Source of the DNA: Alteromonas sp.
Lineage (GTDB): Bacteria > Margulisbacteria > Marinamargulisbacteria > UBA6595
Assembly: GCA_964220215.1 (NCBI GenBank)
Contig: CAXPTH010000021.1
Span: forward strand, 31,826-95,825
Direction: 5' to 3'
DNA: 64,000 nucleotides
Shown: piece after piece, positions 1 through 10,005 of the stretch
How positions within the stretch are numbered: the stretch's first letter is position 1
Layout: each line of letters begins with the position of its first letter
The notes under the pieces: model-generated
What the model was told of the DNA's origin: nothing
The model's input: the letters and a program-made list of their open reading frames with translations, nothing else
Database searches by the model: none
Made by a program: the position numbers and the translations under genes

Positions 1-959
1 ATACCGATCCGGTTACCCACATGCTGAACCAGCATAAATCGGATTTAGCCGCCATTGGGACCCACTTTGACCACTGGTTTCGGGAACACACCTTGCATGC
101 CGACACAGCCATCCCAGATGCCCTGGCGCATCTCAACACCCATTGCTACACCCACGATGAAGCGGTTTGGTTCAAAAGCACCGCATTCGGGGACGATAAA
201 GACCGTGTTTTGGTCAAATCGGATGGGTCCTTGACGTATTTTGCCGTTGACATTGCCTACCATTGGAACAAACTGCAACGCGATTATGACCAACTGATTA
301 ATATTTGGGGGGCGGACCACCACGGGTATGTGCCCCGTGTATCGGCAGCGGTTCAAGCCCTTCAAAACGGCCACGATCAGACTGAATTAACCGTCTTAAT
401 TGGACAATTGGTCAGTTTAGTTCGAGACGGCGAACCGGTTCGCATGAGCAAGCGCAGCGGCGATATGATTTATTTCCGGGACGTCATTGACGATATTGGC
501 GCCGATGCCACCCGCTTTTTCCTCATTCATAAAAGCAGCGACTCCCACATTGAATTGGACTTGGATTTGGCCCATCAAAAAACAGCTGAAAACCCAATTT
601 TTTATATTCAATACGCCCATGCACGCATTTGCCAACTGCTCCAAAAAGTAGGGGAAATTCCCGACGCAAGTGTCCATCACATTGCCGACGCCTATGCCGA
701 GGCAGACCGGCCCTTATTGCAATGTTTAATGCACAGCGGCGATACGATCTTGGATGCCGCAAACGCCTATGCCCCCCACCAGTTGGCAACCTATGCCTTG
801 GAACTGGCCCGGCACTTTCATCGGTTTTATGAAACCAACCCCGTCTTAACCAGCACCGGGGTTCAGAAAGCCTACCGATTATGGGTCATTGGGCAGGTCC
901 AGCAGACCCTGCAACGGGTATTGGGCATTTTGGGTATTTCAGCCCCCACACGCATGTAA
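1..959 (+). CDS. argS: Arginine--tRNA ligase, 5'-truncated by window edge
   Basis: GDDKDRVLVKSDG, WGADHHGY, RMSKRSG, YIQYAHAR and C-terminal SAPxRM motifs; frame is open upstream of ATG 21. Confidence 0.95.
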   Translation, partial: TDPVTHMLNQHKSDLAAIGTHFDHWFREHTLHADTAIPDALAHLNTHCYTHDEAVWFKSTAFGDDKDRVLVKSDGSLTYFAVDIAYHWNKLQRDYDQLINIWGADHHGYVPRVSAAVQALQNGHDQTELTVLIGQLVSLVRDGEPVRMSKRSGDMIYFRDVIDDIGADATRFFLIHKSSDSHIELDLDLAHQKTAENPIFYIQYAHARICQLLQKVGEIPDASVHHIADAYAEADRPLLQCLMHSGDTILDAANAYAPHQLATYALELARHFHRFYETNPVLTSTGVQKAYRLWVIGQVQQTLQRVLGILGISAPTRM

Positions 960-961
960 CC

Positions 962-1924
962 ATGCATCCGTTTGTGTATGCCGTGCATCAATCGGTGCTT
1001 CGTGATGACCTGATTGATTTTGATGCACCCATACTTGTGGGATTTTCAACCGGACCGGACTCAGAATTTTTATATCACTACCTGAATCATGTGTATCGCC
1101 CAGATCTCTTGCATTTGGTCTATGTCAATCATCACCTTCGTCCAGCCACAGACTTGGCCCATGAACTAAGCCGGGTCGCCGCATTGGGGCAGCGCCATCC
1201 CGTGCATAGTGTGGATGCGCCCATTACAGGCTCCAGCGGCATTGAAGCGCGCGCACGCGAGGCCCGGTATACCGAGTTTGAGCGAATTGCCCGCGAGCAG
1301 GGTATTGCGCAAATTAGCACCGGCCATCATTACGATGATCACATCGAAACCATTTTGCTCCAGCTCATTCGAGGCACCCAACGGGGGTTGCGAGGCATTG
1401 CCCAAACAAAGCCCTGGGGACCTGGGGTCTTGATTCGGCCGTTAATCCACTGCTACAAAGCCGATATTTTGGCCTATTTAGACGCCCACCAACTCCCCTA
1501 TACCTGCGATAGCACAAATACAGACACCCAGTTTACCCGCAATAAAATTCGCCACACCCTGCTGCCCCTGTTGCAAAGCCTCAACCCCAAGATTCACGAC
1601 CGGCTCAACACCTTCGCCACCTATCACGAACGGGTTCATGATTTTTTAGACCAGCACCATGCCGATGCCTATGCCCGCATTATTAAGCAGCACCAGCACT
1701 GCCAGATTGACCGCCACTACTTGATTCAGCAACCCAACATTACCCAACGCTACCTGCTCTTGCACATGGCTCAGCACGTAACACAAACACCCGCCAATCA
1801 TCAGCATATCCAAACAATACTGGCCCTCGCCAACACACCGCCCTTCCCCAAATACACCCAATTACCCGGCCATGTCCACGTGACCATTCAAACCGAAACA
1901 GTCTCGCTGAAACGTACACGTTGA
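962..1924 (+). CDS. tilS: tRNA(Ile)-lysidine synthetase (short form)
   Basis: PP-loop variant FSTGPDS, NHHLR, EARAREARY, TGHHYDDHIET, LIRPL, DSTN..TRNKIR; ATG 962 directly after argS stop. Confidence 0.9.
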   Translation: MHPFVYAVHQSVLRDDLIDFDAPILVGFSTGPDSEFLYHYLNHVYRPDLLHLVYVNHHLRPATDLAHELSRVAALGQRHPVHSVDAPITGSSGIEARAREARYTEFERIAREQGIAQISTGHHYDDHIETILLQLIRGTQRGLRGIAQTKPWGPGVLIRPLIHCYKADILAYLDAHQLPYTCDSTNTDTQFTRNKIRHTLLPLLQSLNPKIHDRLNTFATYHERVHDFLDQHHADAYARIIKQHQHCQIDRHYLIQQPNITQRYLLLHMAQHVTQTPANHQHIQTILALANTPPFPKYTQLPGHVHVTIQTETVSLKRTR

Positions 1925-1950
1925 CACACTGTACTGAGATTCAGTATCAT
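1921..1950 (+). promoter_or_regulatory. sigma70 promoter overlapped by a Fur-box-like palindrome
   Basis: TTGACA(1921)-18 nt-TATCAT(1945); dyad TACTGA-GAT-TCAGTA; 13/19 match to GATAATGATAATCATTATC; lies upstream of a TonB-dependent receptor. Confidence 0.6.
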
Positions 1951-1995
1951 TTAATCAAGTAACGAATTGTATTTAAATTAAGGATATCGAATCAC

Positions 1996-4032
1996 ATGAA
2001 TTATCGACACATATTTCTATTGGCCCTTGGCTTCAGTATTGCGCTTCAGGGCACGACGTTGTCGGAAGTTGAGGTCATTGGGCATTCCCCAACATCCACC
2101 CAGGAACTACCTGGATCGGCCGACGTGATTAGCGAAGAAACCTTGCAGCGGGCCCAGCCCTTAACCACAGGGGAAGCCTTGATGCGGGTCCCTGGTGTAT
2201 CGGTACGCAACGAAGACGGGTTGGGCTTGCGGCCCAATATTAGCATTCGGGGGATCAATGGAAACCGAAGCAAAAAAGTATTATTGCTTGAAGATGGTCT
2301 CCCCATTGCCCTAGCACCATATGGTGAAAGCAGTGCGTATTATTCCCCACAAATTGACCGGATTGCACGCATTGAGGTCTTAAAAGGCAGTGGCAGCATT
2401 TTATATGGCCCCCAAACGATTGGAGGCGTGGTCAATTTTATCACCGCCGAGCCCCCAAGCAGCCGAACGGTCAAAACAACCCTAGCCATGAGTAGTTTTG
2501 ATACCAATAAGGCTCAGGTTCAATACGGAAACCGATGGGGGGATCACGGACTCTTGGTCAATTACTTGCGCCGATCCGGCCAAGGGTTCCGAAGCCCCAT
2601 GCCCTTTGACATTCACGATGTAAGCATTAAATATGGCCTTACCCAGTCGGAGCGATCTGAGCTGAGCCTGCGGACCCATTACTACACGGAGCGATCCGCA
2701 TCGACGTATACGGGACTGACCGAGCCTATGTTTCAAGAAGACCCCCGCCAAAACCCCGCCATTTATGACCGATTGTATGTGGAACGAGCGGGTATTCGCC
2801 TCGGGCATCGGTATTATACAGACTCCGCCTTAATTAACACGGCCGTTTATGGCTACCACACCAGCCGAAATTGGTGGCGACAAAAGTTTCATCGATCCAA
2901 TACCGGTGTACTTACACCTTTAATGACAAACGAAGGCAACAATCGGTACTACACCGTTGCCGGATTGGAAAACCGCATTGAGTGGGATGCATTAACCGTT
3001 GGCGCACGCGTGCACCACGAATTTGAAGACAGAAAAAAAATTAAAGGTTCATCTCCAACTGCTCGCAGTGGCAATCTAAACAGCCATGAGCACCGCAGTA
3101 CCGATGCCGTGGCCACCTATGCCCAGTACCGGTATGCTGTGAATGACCGCATCGACATTATCCCCGGGTTACGACTGGAACATTACCAGCAACGCCGGGC
3201 CATTTTAGTTTCAAGTGACCAGGCAAAACATAAAAGCGGGACCACCCAAACCACCGCCTGGATTCCTGGCATCGGTGCGACGGCCTATGTAACGGATCAG
3301 GTTCAAGTTTTTGGGGGCGTGCACCGCGGCTTTGCGCCGGCATCGTTTAGTGATGCGTTAAACAGTAATGGCCAAGACCAGCAACTCGACCCTGAAGAAA
3401 GCTGGAATTATGAAGCCGGTATCCGAGGCGCTTTATCTGAGCATACGCATTTTACCAGCACCGCCTTTTTTACGGACTACTTCAATCAAATCGTTGATAA
3501 TTCATCAGCCGTGTACACAAGAGCCAATGGTGGGCGCTCCCAGACCACCGGGGTTGAGCTTGGGCTTCAGTATGCCCGGCCATTACCCAATGGCTTTCGG
3601 CTCACGTCATCGGCTGGGCTAACCCTACAAACAGCGATTTATACGGCTGATTCTGAGTTCGATTCAGACACAGAAACTACTCATGCGAAATCTGGCAACC
3701 GGGTGCAGTACACACCCAGCGAGCAGTACCAAGCGTCTGTAGGGCTTGAAACCGCCAAAGGGTTTTCCGTGGAGGTCTCCGGTGTGCACACTGGCATGAT
3801 GTATTCGGATGCCGCCAATACTGAATCCGGCAGTGCCGATGGTCAAACGGGGGTTATTCCGGCGCACACCGTCTACAACATCAGTGCCAGCCAGGCCTTT
3901 ACCCCCCGACTCACCGGCTTTGCCAGCATTAAAAATCTATTTGATTTAAGCTACATAGCCTCCCGACACCCCACAGGCATTATGCCGGGCAATAGCCGTA
4001 TTATTGAAGCCGGGATAACCTACCACTATTAA
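1996..4032 (+). CDS. TonB-dependent receptor (FecA-like)
   Basis: Signal peptide; plug motifs PNISIRG, LLLEDG, RIEVLKGSGSILYGPQTIGGVVN; barrel motif LDPEESWNYEAG; NLFD near the C-terminus. Confidence 0.93.
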   Translation: MNYRHIFLLALGFSIALQGTTLSEVEVIGHSPTSTQELPGSADVISEETLQRAQPLTTGEALMRVPGVSVRNEDGLGLRPNISIRGINGNRSKKVLLLEDGLPIALAPYGESSAYYSPQIDRIARIEVLKGSGSILYGPQTIGGVVNFITAEPPSSRTVKTTLAMSSFDTNKAQVQYGNRWGDHGLLVNYLRRSGQGFRSPMPFDIHDVSIKYGLTQSERSELSLRTHYYTERSASTYTGLTEPMFQEDPRQNPAIYDRLYVERAGIRLGHRYYTDSALINTAVYGYHTSRNWWRQKFHRSNTGVLTPLMTNEGNNRYYTVAGLENRIEWDALTVGARVHHEFEDRKKIKGSSPTARSGNLNSHEHRSTDAVATYAQYRYAVNDRIDIIPGLRLEHYQQRRAILVSSDQAKHKSGTTQTTAWIPGIGATAYVTDQVQVFGGVHRGFAPASFSDALNSNGQDQQLDPEESWNYEAGIRGALSEHTHFTSTAFFTDYFNQIVDNSSAVYTRANGGRSQTTGVELGLQYARPLPNGFRLTSSAGLTLQTAIYTADSEFDSDTETTHAKSGNRVQYTPSEQYQASVGLETAKGFSVEVSGVHTGMMYSDAANTESGSADGQTGVIPAHTVYNISASQAFTPRLTGFASIKNLFDLSYIASRHPTGIMPGNSRIIEAGITYHY

Positions 4033-4033
4033 A

Positions 4034-4648
4034 ATGCCTGTATCTTTAGCCAGTATCATTGAACCGGTGGGGGTATTAATTTACCCCCTTGCTGTGTGCT
4101 CCTTGGTATCCGTTTGGGTAATTTTGGATAAGTCTGTTTTTTGGATTCAGTATTTGCGGCGGCGCAATCGGCCCTACTTAACCCAATGCTTAGCGGCGGT
4201 GCAGCGCAATGATAACGCAGGAGCCTTGGCCATTGTTAAGCAACATGCCCACCCCGTGTTGCGGGTGTTTGGCACGGCGTTGCATTGCCATACCCGGCAT
4301 CAGAGCAGCCAATTGCACTATGCCTGTTCCCGTGAATTGCGGGGCATGCGCAGTCGCCTGAATGCCCTAGTCACGATTATTACCATATCCCCATTGTTGG
4401 GTATTTTGGGTACGATTGTGGGTATTATAAAAGCCTTTCAAGGCCTGTCAATTGAAGCGGGGCTCGACCCAACGGTGATGATTCAGGGCATTTCCAGCGC
4501 CTTGTGGACCACGGCCATTGGATTAAGCATTACCATTGTGACGTTTATCCCCTATTATTTTTTTCAATCTCGGGTTGAAAAAGCCGGGCATGACTTGGAA
4601 GACTGGGCGACCCAATTCGAATTGGCGCGAGCCGGGGAGTTGGGATGA
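4034..4648 (+). CDS. exbB: ExbB/TolQ/MotA proton channel
   Basis: SPLLGILGTIVGIIKAF...GISSALWTTAIGL. Confidence 0.9.
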   Translation: MPVSLASIIEPVGVLIYPLAVCSLVSVWVILDKSVFWIQYLRRRNRPYLTQCLAAVQRNDNAGALAIVKQHAHPVLRVFGTALHCHTRHQSSQLHYACSRELRGMRSRLNALVTIITISPLLGILGTIVGIIKAFQGLSIEAGLDPTVMIQGISSALWTTAIGLSITIVTFIPYYFFQSRVEKAGHDLEDWATQFELARAGELG

Positions 4649-5022
4649 TTTTGCACACGGAGAAAAAACCAGCGGTGCATGTGGACATGATTCCCTTAAT
4701 TGATAGCTTGTTTGTGCTACTGGCTTTTTTTCTTATTGCGGTGTCTACCATGGTGATTCAAAAAACCTTGCCCATTCAATTGCCCACCGCAGCTACGGCA
4801 GTGACGGTTACTGACCCGATTCCCACAATTAGCATTGACGCCAACGAGCAACTCTATTGGTCCGGGCAACCCATTGCCTTGAATGCCCTCACGGGAGTTC
4901 TACCCGAAACCGACCGCGTGATTATTCAAGCCGATGAAAACGTCCGCCAAAAAGTTATTGTGCAAGTGTTAGACCAAGTCAAACGCAATCAGATTCAAAC
5001 CGTCATGGTGCAAACCCGATGA
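4645..5022 (+). CDS. exbD: ExbD/TolR
   Basis: DMIPLIDSLFVLLAFFLI, IQLP, IIQAD. Confidence 0.9.
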   Translation: MILHTEKKPAVHVDMIPLIDSLFVLLAFFLIAVSTMVIQKTLPIQLPTAATAVTVTDPIPTISIDANEQLYWSGQPIALNALTGVLPETDRVIIQADENVRQKVIVQVLDQVKRNQIQTVMVQTR

Positions 5023-5555
5023 AACTGAGCAGTATACTGATTACGGCCACCACAATTGCCCTGCACATGGCCGGTGGATTGGCGGTCAACAGCTGGCTGG
5101 CCAATCATGCGGGGAACACCCCACAGCTTGGGATTCAGCCGTCGGTGATTGAATATGTTCAATTGGCCGAGGAGCCCATCACGCAACAGGCTGTTGAACC
5201 CGTTAGTACTGCGCCTGCACCCATCGCTCTAAAACCCAGTGCTCCTGCGACTCCGGCCCCGGCGCCCTTAAGCATTGTCAAAGCGAGTCCGATTGCAGCG
5301 GAAAACAAGCCCCCCCACTACCCCCGCATGGCCCTCCGGCGGCAACAGGCTGGAACGGTCTTGTTGCGGGTGCATGTCTTGGCGAATGGCACGCTTGATA
5401 CCGTCCAACTGCACGAATCATCGGGCCACCGGTTGCTGGATCAAGCCGCCATTGCCGCAGTTTCTGATTGGCAGTTTTCACCCCAAACAGCCAATGGGCA
5501 ATTCGAAAACAGCTGGGTGAACATCCCCATTACCTTTAAGTTAAAAGATAGCTAA
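5019..5555 (+). CDS. tonB: TonB energy transducer
   Basis: N-terminal TM with LH, Pro/Ala linker, YP...GTV..SSGHRLLDQAA..W.F.P. Confidence 0.9.
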   Translation: MKLSSILITATTIALHMAGGLAVNSWLANHAGNTPQLGIQPSVIEYVQLAEEPITQQAVEPVSTAPAPIALKPSAPATPAPAPLSIVKASPIAAENKPPHYPRMALRRQQAGTVLLRVHVLANGTLDTVQLHESSGHRLLDQAAIAAVSDWQFSPQTANGQFENSWVNIPITFKLKDS

Positions 5556-6181
5556 CCCTTACGCTTTCGTAAAAAAACCTCACGCGTTTCGCTTTGTAAA
5601 AACCGATTGGTTTGCTTTTGATTGCCCCAGGTATCCGTGGGTGTGGGGCCATAGTCATGCCCGGGGTAGATCACCGTATCATCGGGCAAGGGCCACAGGG
5701 TTTCGAATAACGCCGTATAGAGCTGCGCCACATCGCTATGGGGAAAATCCGCACGACCACACCCATCCACAAACACAGTATCCCCGGTGATCAACTGCTT
5801 CCCTAGTTGATAACACACCCCGCCGGGGGAATGACCCGGTGTATGCAATACCGCAATGGTATGCCCCGCAAAGGGTATCGTTGCCCCCACAGCCAATCGA
5901 TTCAAAACCATGGGAACAGGCGGATCATAGTGGGCGTACTCCGAAATATAGACAGGTACCTTGTTCAATGCCAGACACTCCGGCACACCCGATACATGAT
6001 CATAATGCTCATGGGTCAACAAAATCCCCACAACCGTTAACCCATGCTGAGTCACAATCGCTTGAAGCTCCGGAATGTCCCAAGCCGGATCCACAATAAG
6101 CGCCTCAGACCCCGACTGAATCACATATTGCATATTGCCCATCGGCCCCGCCCAATGGGTATGAATCACACAATCACTCAT
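5552..6181 (-). CDS. MBL-fold metallohydrolase (glyoxalase II-like)
   Basis: THEHYDHV, HTPGHSPG, TGDTVF, YPGHDY. Confidence 0.9.
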   Translation of the reverse strand: MSDCVIHTHWAGPMGNMQYVIQSGSEALIVDPAWDIPELQAIVTQHGLTVVGILLTHEHYDHVSGVPECLALNKVPVYISEYAHYDPPVPMVLNRLAVGATIPFAGHTIAVLHTPGHSPGGVCYQLGKQLITGDTVFVDGCGRADFPHSDVAQLYTALFETLWPLPDDTVIYPGHDYGPTPTDTWGNQKQTNRFLQSETREVFLRKRKG

Positions 6182-6810
6182 GCCAATTGCCGTTTTAAAT
6201 AGTTGTATTCTCGCAAAATATCCCGAACGTACGCGCGAGTCTTACGCGCCAAGCGTCGAGACGCCCGAACCGATGAATACCCCTGATAATACGACGCCAA
6301 CGCCATGGTATTCACTTCTGCATGGCCGGCCCAATTGTTGCGCATTTGGGTGAAATACGCCACGGTTCCGGATACATTTTGCCGAATATCAAACGGATCG
6401 GTAATCCCCAAAAGCTCGTAGTTAAAATCTTTAATCTGGCCCAAGCCTCGGGCCGATGTTGCGCTGACAGCATACCGATTAAACCCCGACTCGCGCGCAA
6501 TCAAGGCCGCAATTAACTTGGGATCCACCGAATAGGTTCGGCTATAATCCACAATAGCCTGCGCAATGCGCCGGGCTTCTTCATACTCAACGGTGGTATA
6601 CCGGTCGGTTATATACGTGTAGATAACCTCAAAATCAGCCTCAAATTGCTGCAACGATTTGCCATAGTCATTGGACGTGCGCGGTGTTGGGGATGCGGTT
6701 GATTGCGTCGATTGGGATACTGCCGGGGCAGAATCTCGCACATCGTTTGGGGTCTTGTTCCCCCCAAGCAATAAATACAAAATAACAATGGCAACCGGAA
6801 CTATTGCCAT
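6178..6810 (-). CDS. SLT-domain lytic transglycosylase with N-terminal anchor
   Basis: ARESGF (catalytic Glu), GLGQI, ALASY, TRAYV. Confidence 0.85.
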   Translation of the reverse strand: MAIVPVAIVILYLLLGGNKTPNDVRDSAPAVSQSTQSTASPTPRTSNDYGKSLQQFEADFEVIYTYITDRYTTVEYEEARRIAQAIVDYSRTYSVDPKLIAALIARESGFNRYAVSATSARGLGQIKDFNYELLGITDPFDIRQNVSGTVAYFTQMRNNWAGHAEVNTMALASYYQGYSSVRASRRLARKTRAYVRDILREYNYLKRQLA

Positions 6811-7940
6811 GCTTGAACCACCGTTTGAATATAGGCATCAATGCCGCTGAGCGGCACCTGAGTACTGGCACGGGATCGCCGATCAATCACCTCAACCGCC
6901 TGGGCTTCGATATGCTTGCCCACCACAACTTGAAGGGGATAGCCAATCAAATTGGCATCTTTAAACTTAGCCCCCACAGAGCTATCTCGATCATCCAACA
7001 CAACCGAATATTGGGCGTTTAATCGATCATACAACGCCTGAGCTTCCGTCATTTGCGTGGTGTTTTTGGTATTGGCTACAATGATCACCAACTGAAACGG
7101 CGCAACGGCTGGCGGCCAACACATGCCATCCGCATCGTGATGCGCTTCAATAATCGCTGCCATGGTCCGGCCAATGCCAATGCCATAACAGCCCATAAAA
7201 AACGGTTGTTGCTGCCCATTGCTGGCATGAAACTCAGCCTGCATGGGCGCTGAATACACATGACCCAGTTTAAAAATATGCCCCAATTCAATGGGCTCCT
7301 CGGTTTGTGTGACAAATTCAGCCGATTGATCCCCCCCAATGGCGCCCGAATCAGCCGGTACACAGGTGGTGGCCAATCCAAGCGCTTCAAATAATGCATG
7401 GTAAATCCCCATCATGGTATCGTACTGACGGTCCAAACACTCGGCTGTTGCATGAAATGAGTACGCATCTTTCATGCTAAACTCACGCCCACGCATGAGC
7501 CCCGACCGAGGCCGAATTTCATCCCGAAACTTAGTCTGAATTTGATACAAAGTCACGGGCAATTGTTTGTAGGATCGAATGCCGTAACTGGCCAACGAAC
7601 AAATCACTTCCTCATGGGTTGGCCCCAAACAAAAGTCATTGTTGTGCCGATCTACAATACGAAACAACTCCGGACCATATTTATCCCAGCGGCCCGATTG
7701 CTGCCAAAGCCCACTGGGAATTAACACCGGCAAGAGCACTTCTTGTGCGACGGGGTCGAGATACTGGCGAACGATGGCTTCAATTCGCTTGAGCACACGC
7801 ACGCCCATGGGCAAATAACTATAGATTCCGGCGGATATTTGATGAATGAGCCCAGCCCGAATCATCAGCTGGTGACTGGGCATAACGGCATCGTTGGGTG
7901 CCTCTTTTAATGTTGGACAAAACAACTGTGTTGCACGCAT
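6801..7940 (-). CDS. proS: Proline--tRNA ligase lacking the INS editing domain
   Basis: LGPTHEE, KFRDEIRPR, MKDAYSF, IELGHIFKLG, MGCYGIGIGR; ATG 7940 chosen as start. Confidence 0.93.
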   Translation of the reverse strand: MRATQLFCPTLKEAPNDAVMPSHQLMIRAGLIHQISAGIYSYLPMGVRVLKRIEAIVRQYLDPVAQEVLLPVLIPSGLWQQSGRWDKYGPELFRIVDRHNNDFCLGPTHEEVICSLASYGIRSYKQLPVTLYQIQTKFRDEIRPRSGLMRGREFSMKDAYSFHATAECLDRQYDTMMGIYHALFEALGLATTCVPADSGAIGGDQSAEFVTQTEEPIELGHIFKLGHVYSAPMQAEFHASNGQQQPFFMGCYGIGIGRTMAAIIEAHHDADGMCWPPAVAPFQLVIIVANTKNTTQMTEAQALYDRLNAQYSVVLDDRDSSVGAKFKDANLIGYPLQVVVGKHIEAQAVEVIDRRSRASTQVPLSGIDAYIQTVVQAWQ

Positions 7941-7989
7941 GGTGTTTAGTATAGCGAAATTCATCAAAATCTGCTACAATTTCCTGTCT

Positions 7990-9237
7990 ATGGGCACCTA
8001 TCAAACACCGCGGGGAACCGTTGATTACCTTCCCGATAAAACCCCCTTATGGCAAACAATTGAACGGACGGCTCGGCACATTTTTGAGCTGTACAATTAC
8101 CAAGAAATCAAGACCCCTATTTTTGAATCTACCGAGCTGTTTACCAGTAGCATTGGTGGCGATACTGACATTGTATCCAAAGAAATGTATACATTCTTAG
8201 ACAAAAAAGGCCGCTCGTTAACCCTTCGGCCCGAAGGCACTGCCGCCATTGCGCGTTCGTACATTCAGCATGCGTTGCACCGAAAAGGCAAGCACCACTT
8301 GCTCTTTTATGTGGGGCCCATGTTTCGGTATGAGCGTCCCCAAGCGGGCCGATTTCGTCAATTTACTCAAATTGGGGTTGAAAATATCGGGTCCCCAGAC
8401 CCCGCCTGCGATGCCGAAGTCATTATTATGGGCATTCAGTTGTTTAAAGCCCTGGGGATCCAAGGGATCGTTCCCCAGCTCAATACCGTGGGCTGCCCCA
8501 TTTGTCGGCCCGTCATTGAAGAACGGCTCAAACAATTTTTAGAATCCAGCCTTCGCGCGTTGTGTGGCGATTGCCAAACACGCTTTGATACCAACCCGCT
8601 GCGCATTTTAGACTGTAAAAAAGGTAGTTGCACCCCCTATTTTTCAGCCATGCCGGATATCCGACAGTCCATTTGTCAGGCTTGCCATGATCACTTTGAC
8701 CAAGTGCTAACCTACTTAGACACCCATGGCGTAACCGTTGAAATTAATCCCAACCTAGTGCGTGGCCTGGATTATTACAATCGAACGGCCTTTGAGCTGG
8801 TATCCAACCATTTGGGCTCACAAAATGCCATTTGTGGTGGGGGGCGCTATGACAGCTTAATTTCGCGATTGGGTGGGCCCAACAGTCCCGCTGTCGGGTT
8901 TGCCTTTGGGATGGAACGACTCATGGCCCTAGTCGACACAGCCATACCCCCCGTCCCCATGGTCTACATTGGCTGTTTGGATGATGATCACTACAGCCAC
9001 TGTTTTTCATTGGCCCACCAACTGCGTGACCATCGCATCAAAGCCATCCATCACCGGGATGCCTTGAGCATCAACGGGCATTTAAAGCGGGCATCCAAAT
9101 CCAATGCGGCCCTGTCCGTGATTATTCAACCCGATGGGCAATCGGCCACGGTGTACGCATCAGGCCAAACCACACTGCCAATGACCGATGTCTTGGCCCA
9201 TATTATTGAGCATACTCCCCAAACACCAATGATGTGA
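7990..9237 (+). CDS. hisS: Histidine--tRNA ligase
   Basis: LRPEGTA, FRYERPQAGRFRQF, LVRGLDYY, GGGRYD, GFAFGMER. Confidence 0.96.
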   Translation: MGTYQTPRGTVDYLPDKTPLWQTIERTARHIFELYNYQEIKTPIFESTELFTSSIGGDTDIVSKEMYTFLDKKGRSLTLRPEGTAAIARSYIQHALHRKGKHHLLFYVGPMFRYERPQAGRFRQFTQIGVENIGSPDPACDAEVIIMGIQLFKALGIQGIVPQLNTVGCPICRPVIEERLKQFLESSLRALCGDCQTRFDTNPLRILDCKKGSCTPYFSAMPDIRQSICQACHDHFDQVLTYLDTHGVTVEINPNLVRGLDYYNRTAFELVSNHLGSQNAICGGGRYDSLISRLGGPNSPAVGFAFGMERLMALVDTAIPPVPMVYIGCLDDDHYSHCFSLAHQLRDHRIKAIHHRDALSINGHLKRASKSNAALSVIIQPDGQSATVYASGQTTLPMTDVLAHIIEHTPQTPMM

Positions 9238-9255
9238 TACACTAACGAGAGAATT

Positions 9256-10005
9256 ATGTCAGCCTTGAAGTCTTTTGAAGCATTTACCGTTATTCCAGCC
9301 ATTGATTTGTTATCCGGTTGCGTGGTTCGGCTAAAACAAGGCGATTATGCACGTGTCACCCAGTATACTACCGATCCCGTATCGGTGGCTCAAGCATTTG
9401 AAGCGGCTGGGGCCACCCATTTGCACATTGTGGATTTGGATGGCGCCAAGTCTGGGTCAACGGACAATGCCGCTGCCATTGCGGCCATTCGGGATACCAC
9501 CCAGTTAACCATTGATGTTGGGGGTGGCATTCGCAGTCCTGAAGCCATTGAGCATTATGCAGCGATTGGGATTGATCATTTTGTTTTGGGGTCGTGCTTA
9601 ATTGATAATTTAGACTATGCGCGTGACCTCATTCAGGCCTACCCCCATCGCATTATTGCCGGCCTCGATCACAAAAACAATTTATTATGCGGCTCGGGCT
9701 GGACCCAAACCTCCAGCATTGACGTTGATACTATGATTCAATCCCTCAATGCCCTACCGTTGCATAGTATTATTTTAACGGATATCGCGACCGACGGCAT
9801 GATGGCGGGTCCCAATTTAGAGCACCTTGCGCAGTGCATCCGCATTAGCCAACACCCCATTATTTTATCCGGGGGTGTTCACAATGCCGAAGCCGTGATT
9901 CAAGCCAAACAGATTGGTGCTGCCGGATGCATTATTGGAAAAGCCTTGTTGTCCGGCGCCTTATCCCTCAATGAAATTTATGCCATACTAAGCCCATCAT
10001 GTTAG
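9256..10005 (+). CDS. hisA: ProFAR isomerase
   Basis: IPAIDL..VRLKQG, HIVDLDGA, GGGIR, TDIATDGMMAGPN. Confidence 0.93.
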   Translation: MSALKSFEAFTVIPAIDLLSGCVVRLKQGDYARVTQYTTDPVSVAQAFEAAGATHLHIVDLDGAKSGSTDNAAAIAAIRDTTQLTIDVGGGIRSPEAIEHYAAIGIDHFVLGSCLIDNLDYARDLIQAYPHRIIAGLDHKNNLLCGSGWTQTSSIDVDTMIQSLNALPLHSIILTDIATDGMMAGPNLEHLAQCIRISQHPIILSGGVHNAEAVIQAKQIGAAGCIIGKALLSGALSLNEIYAILSPSC

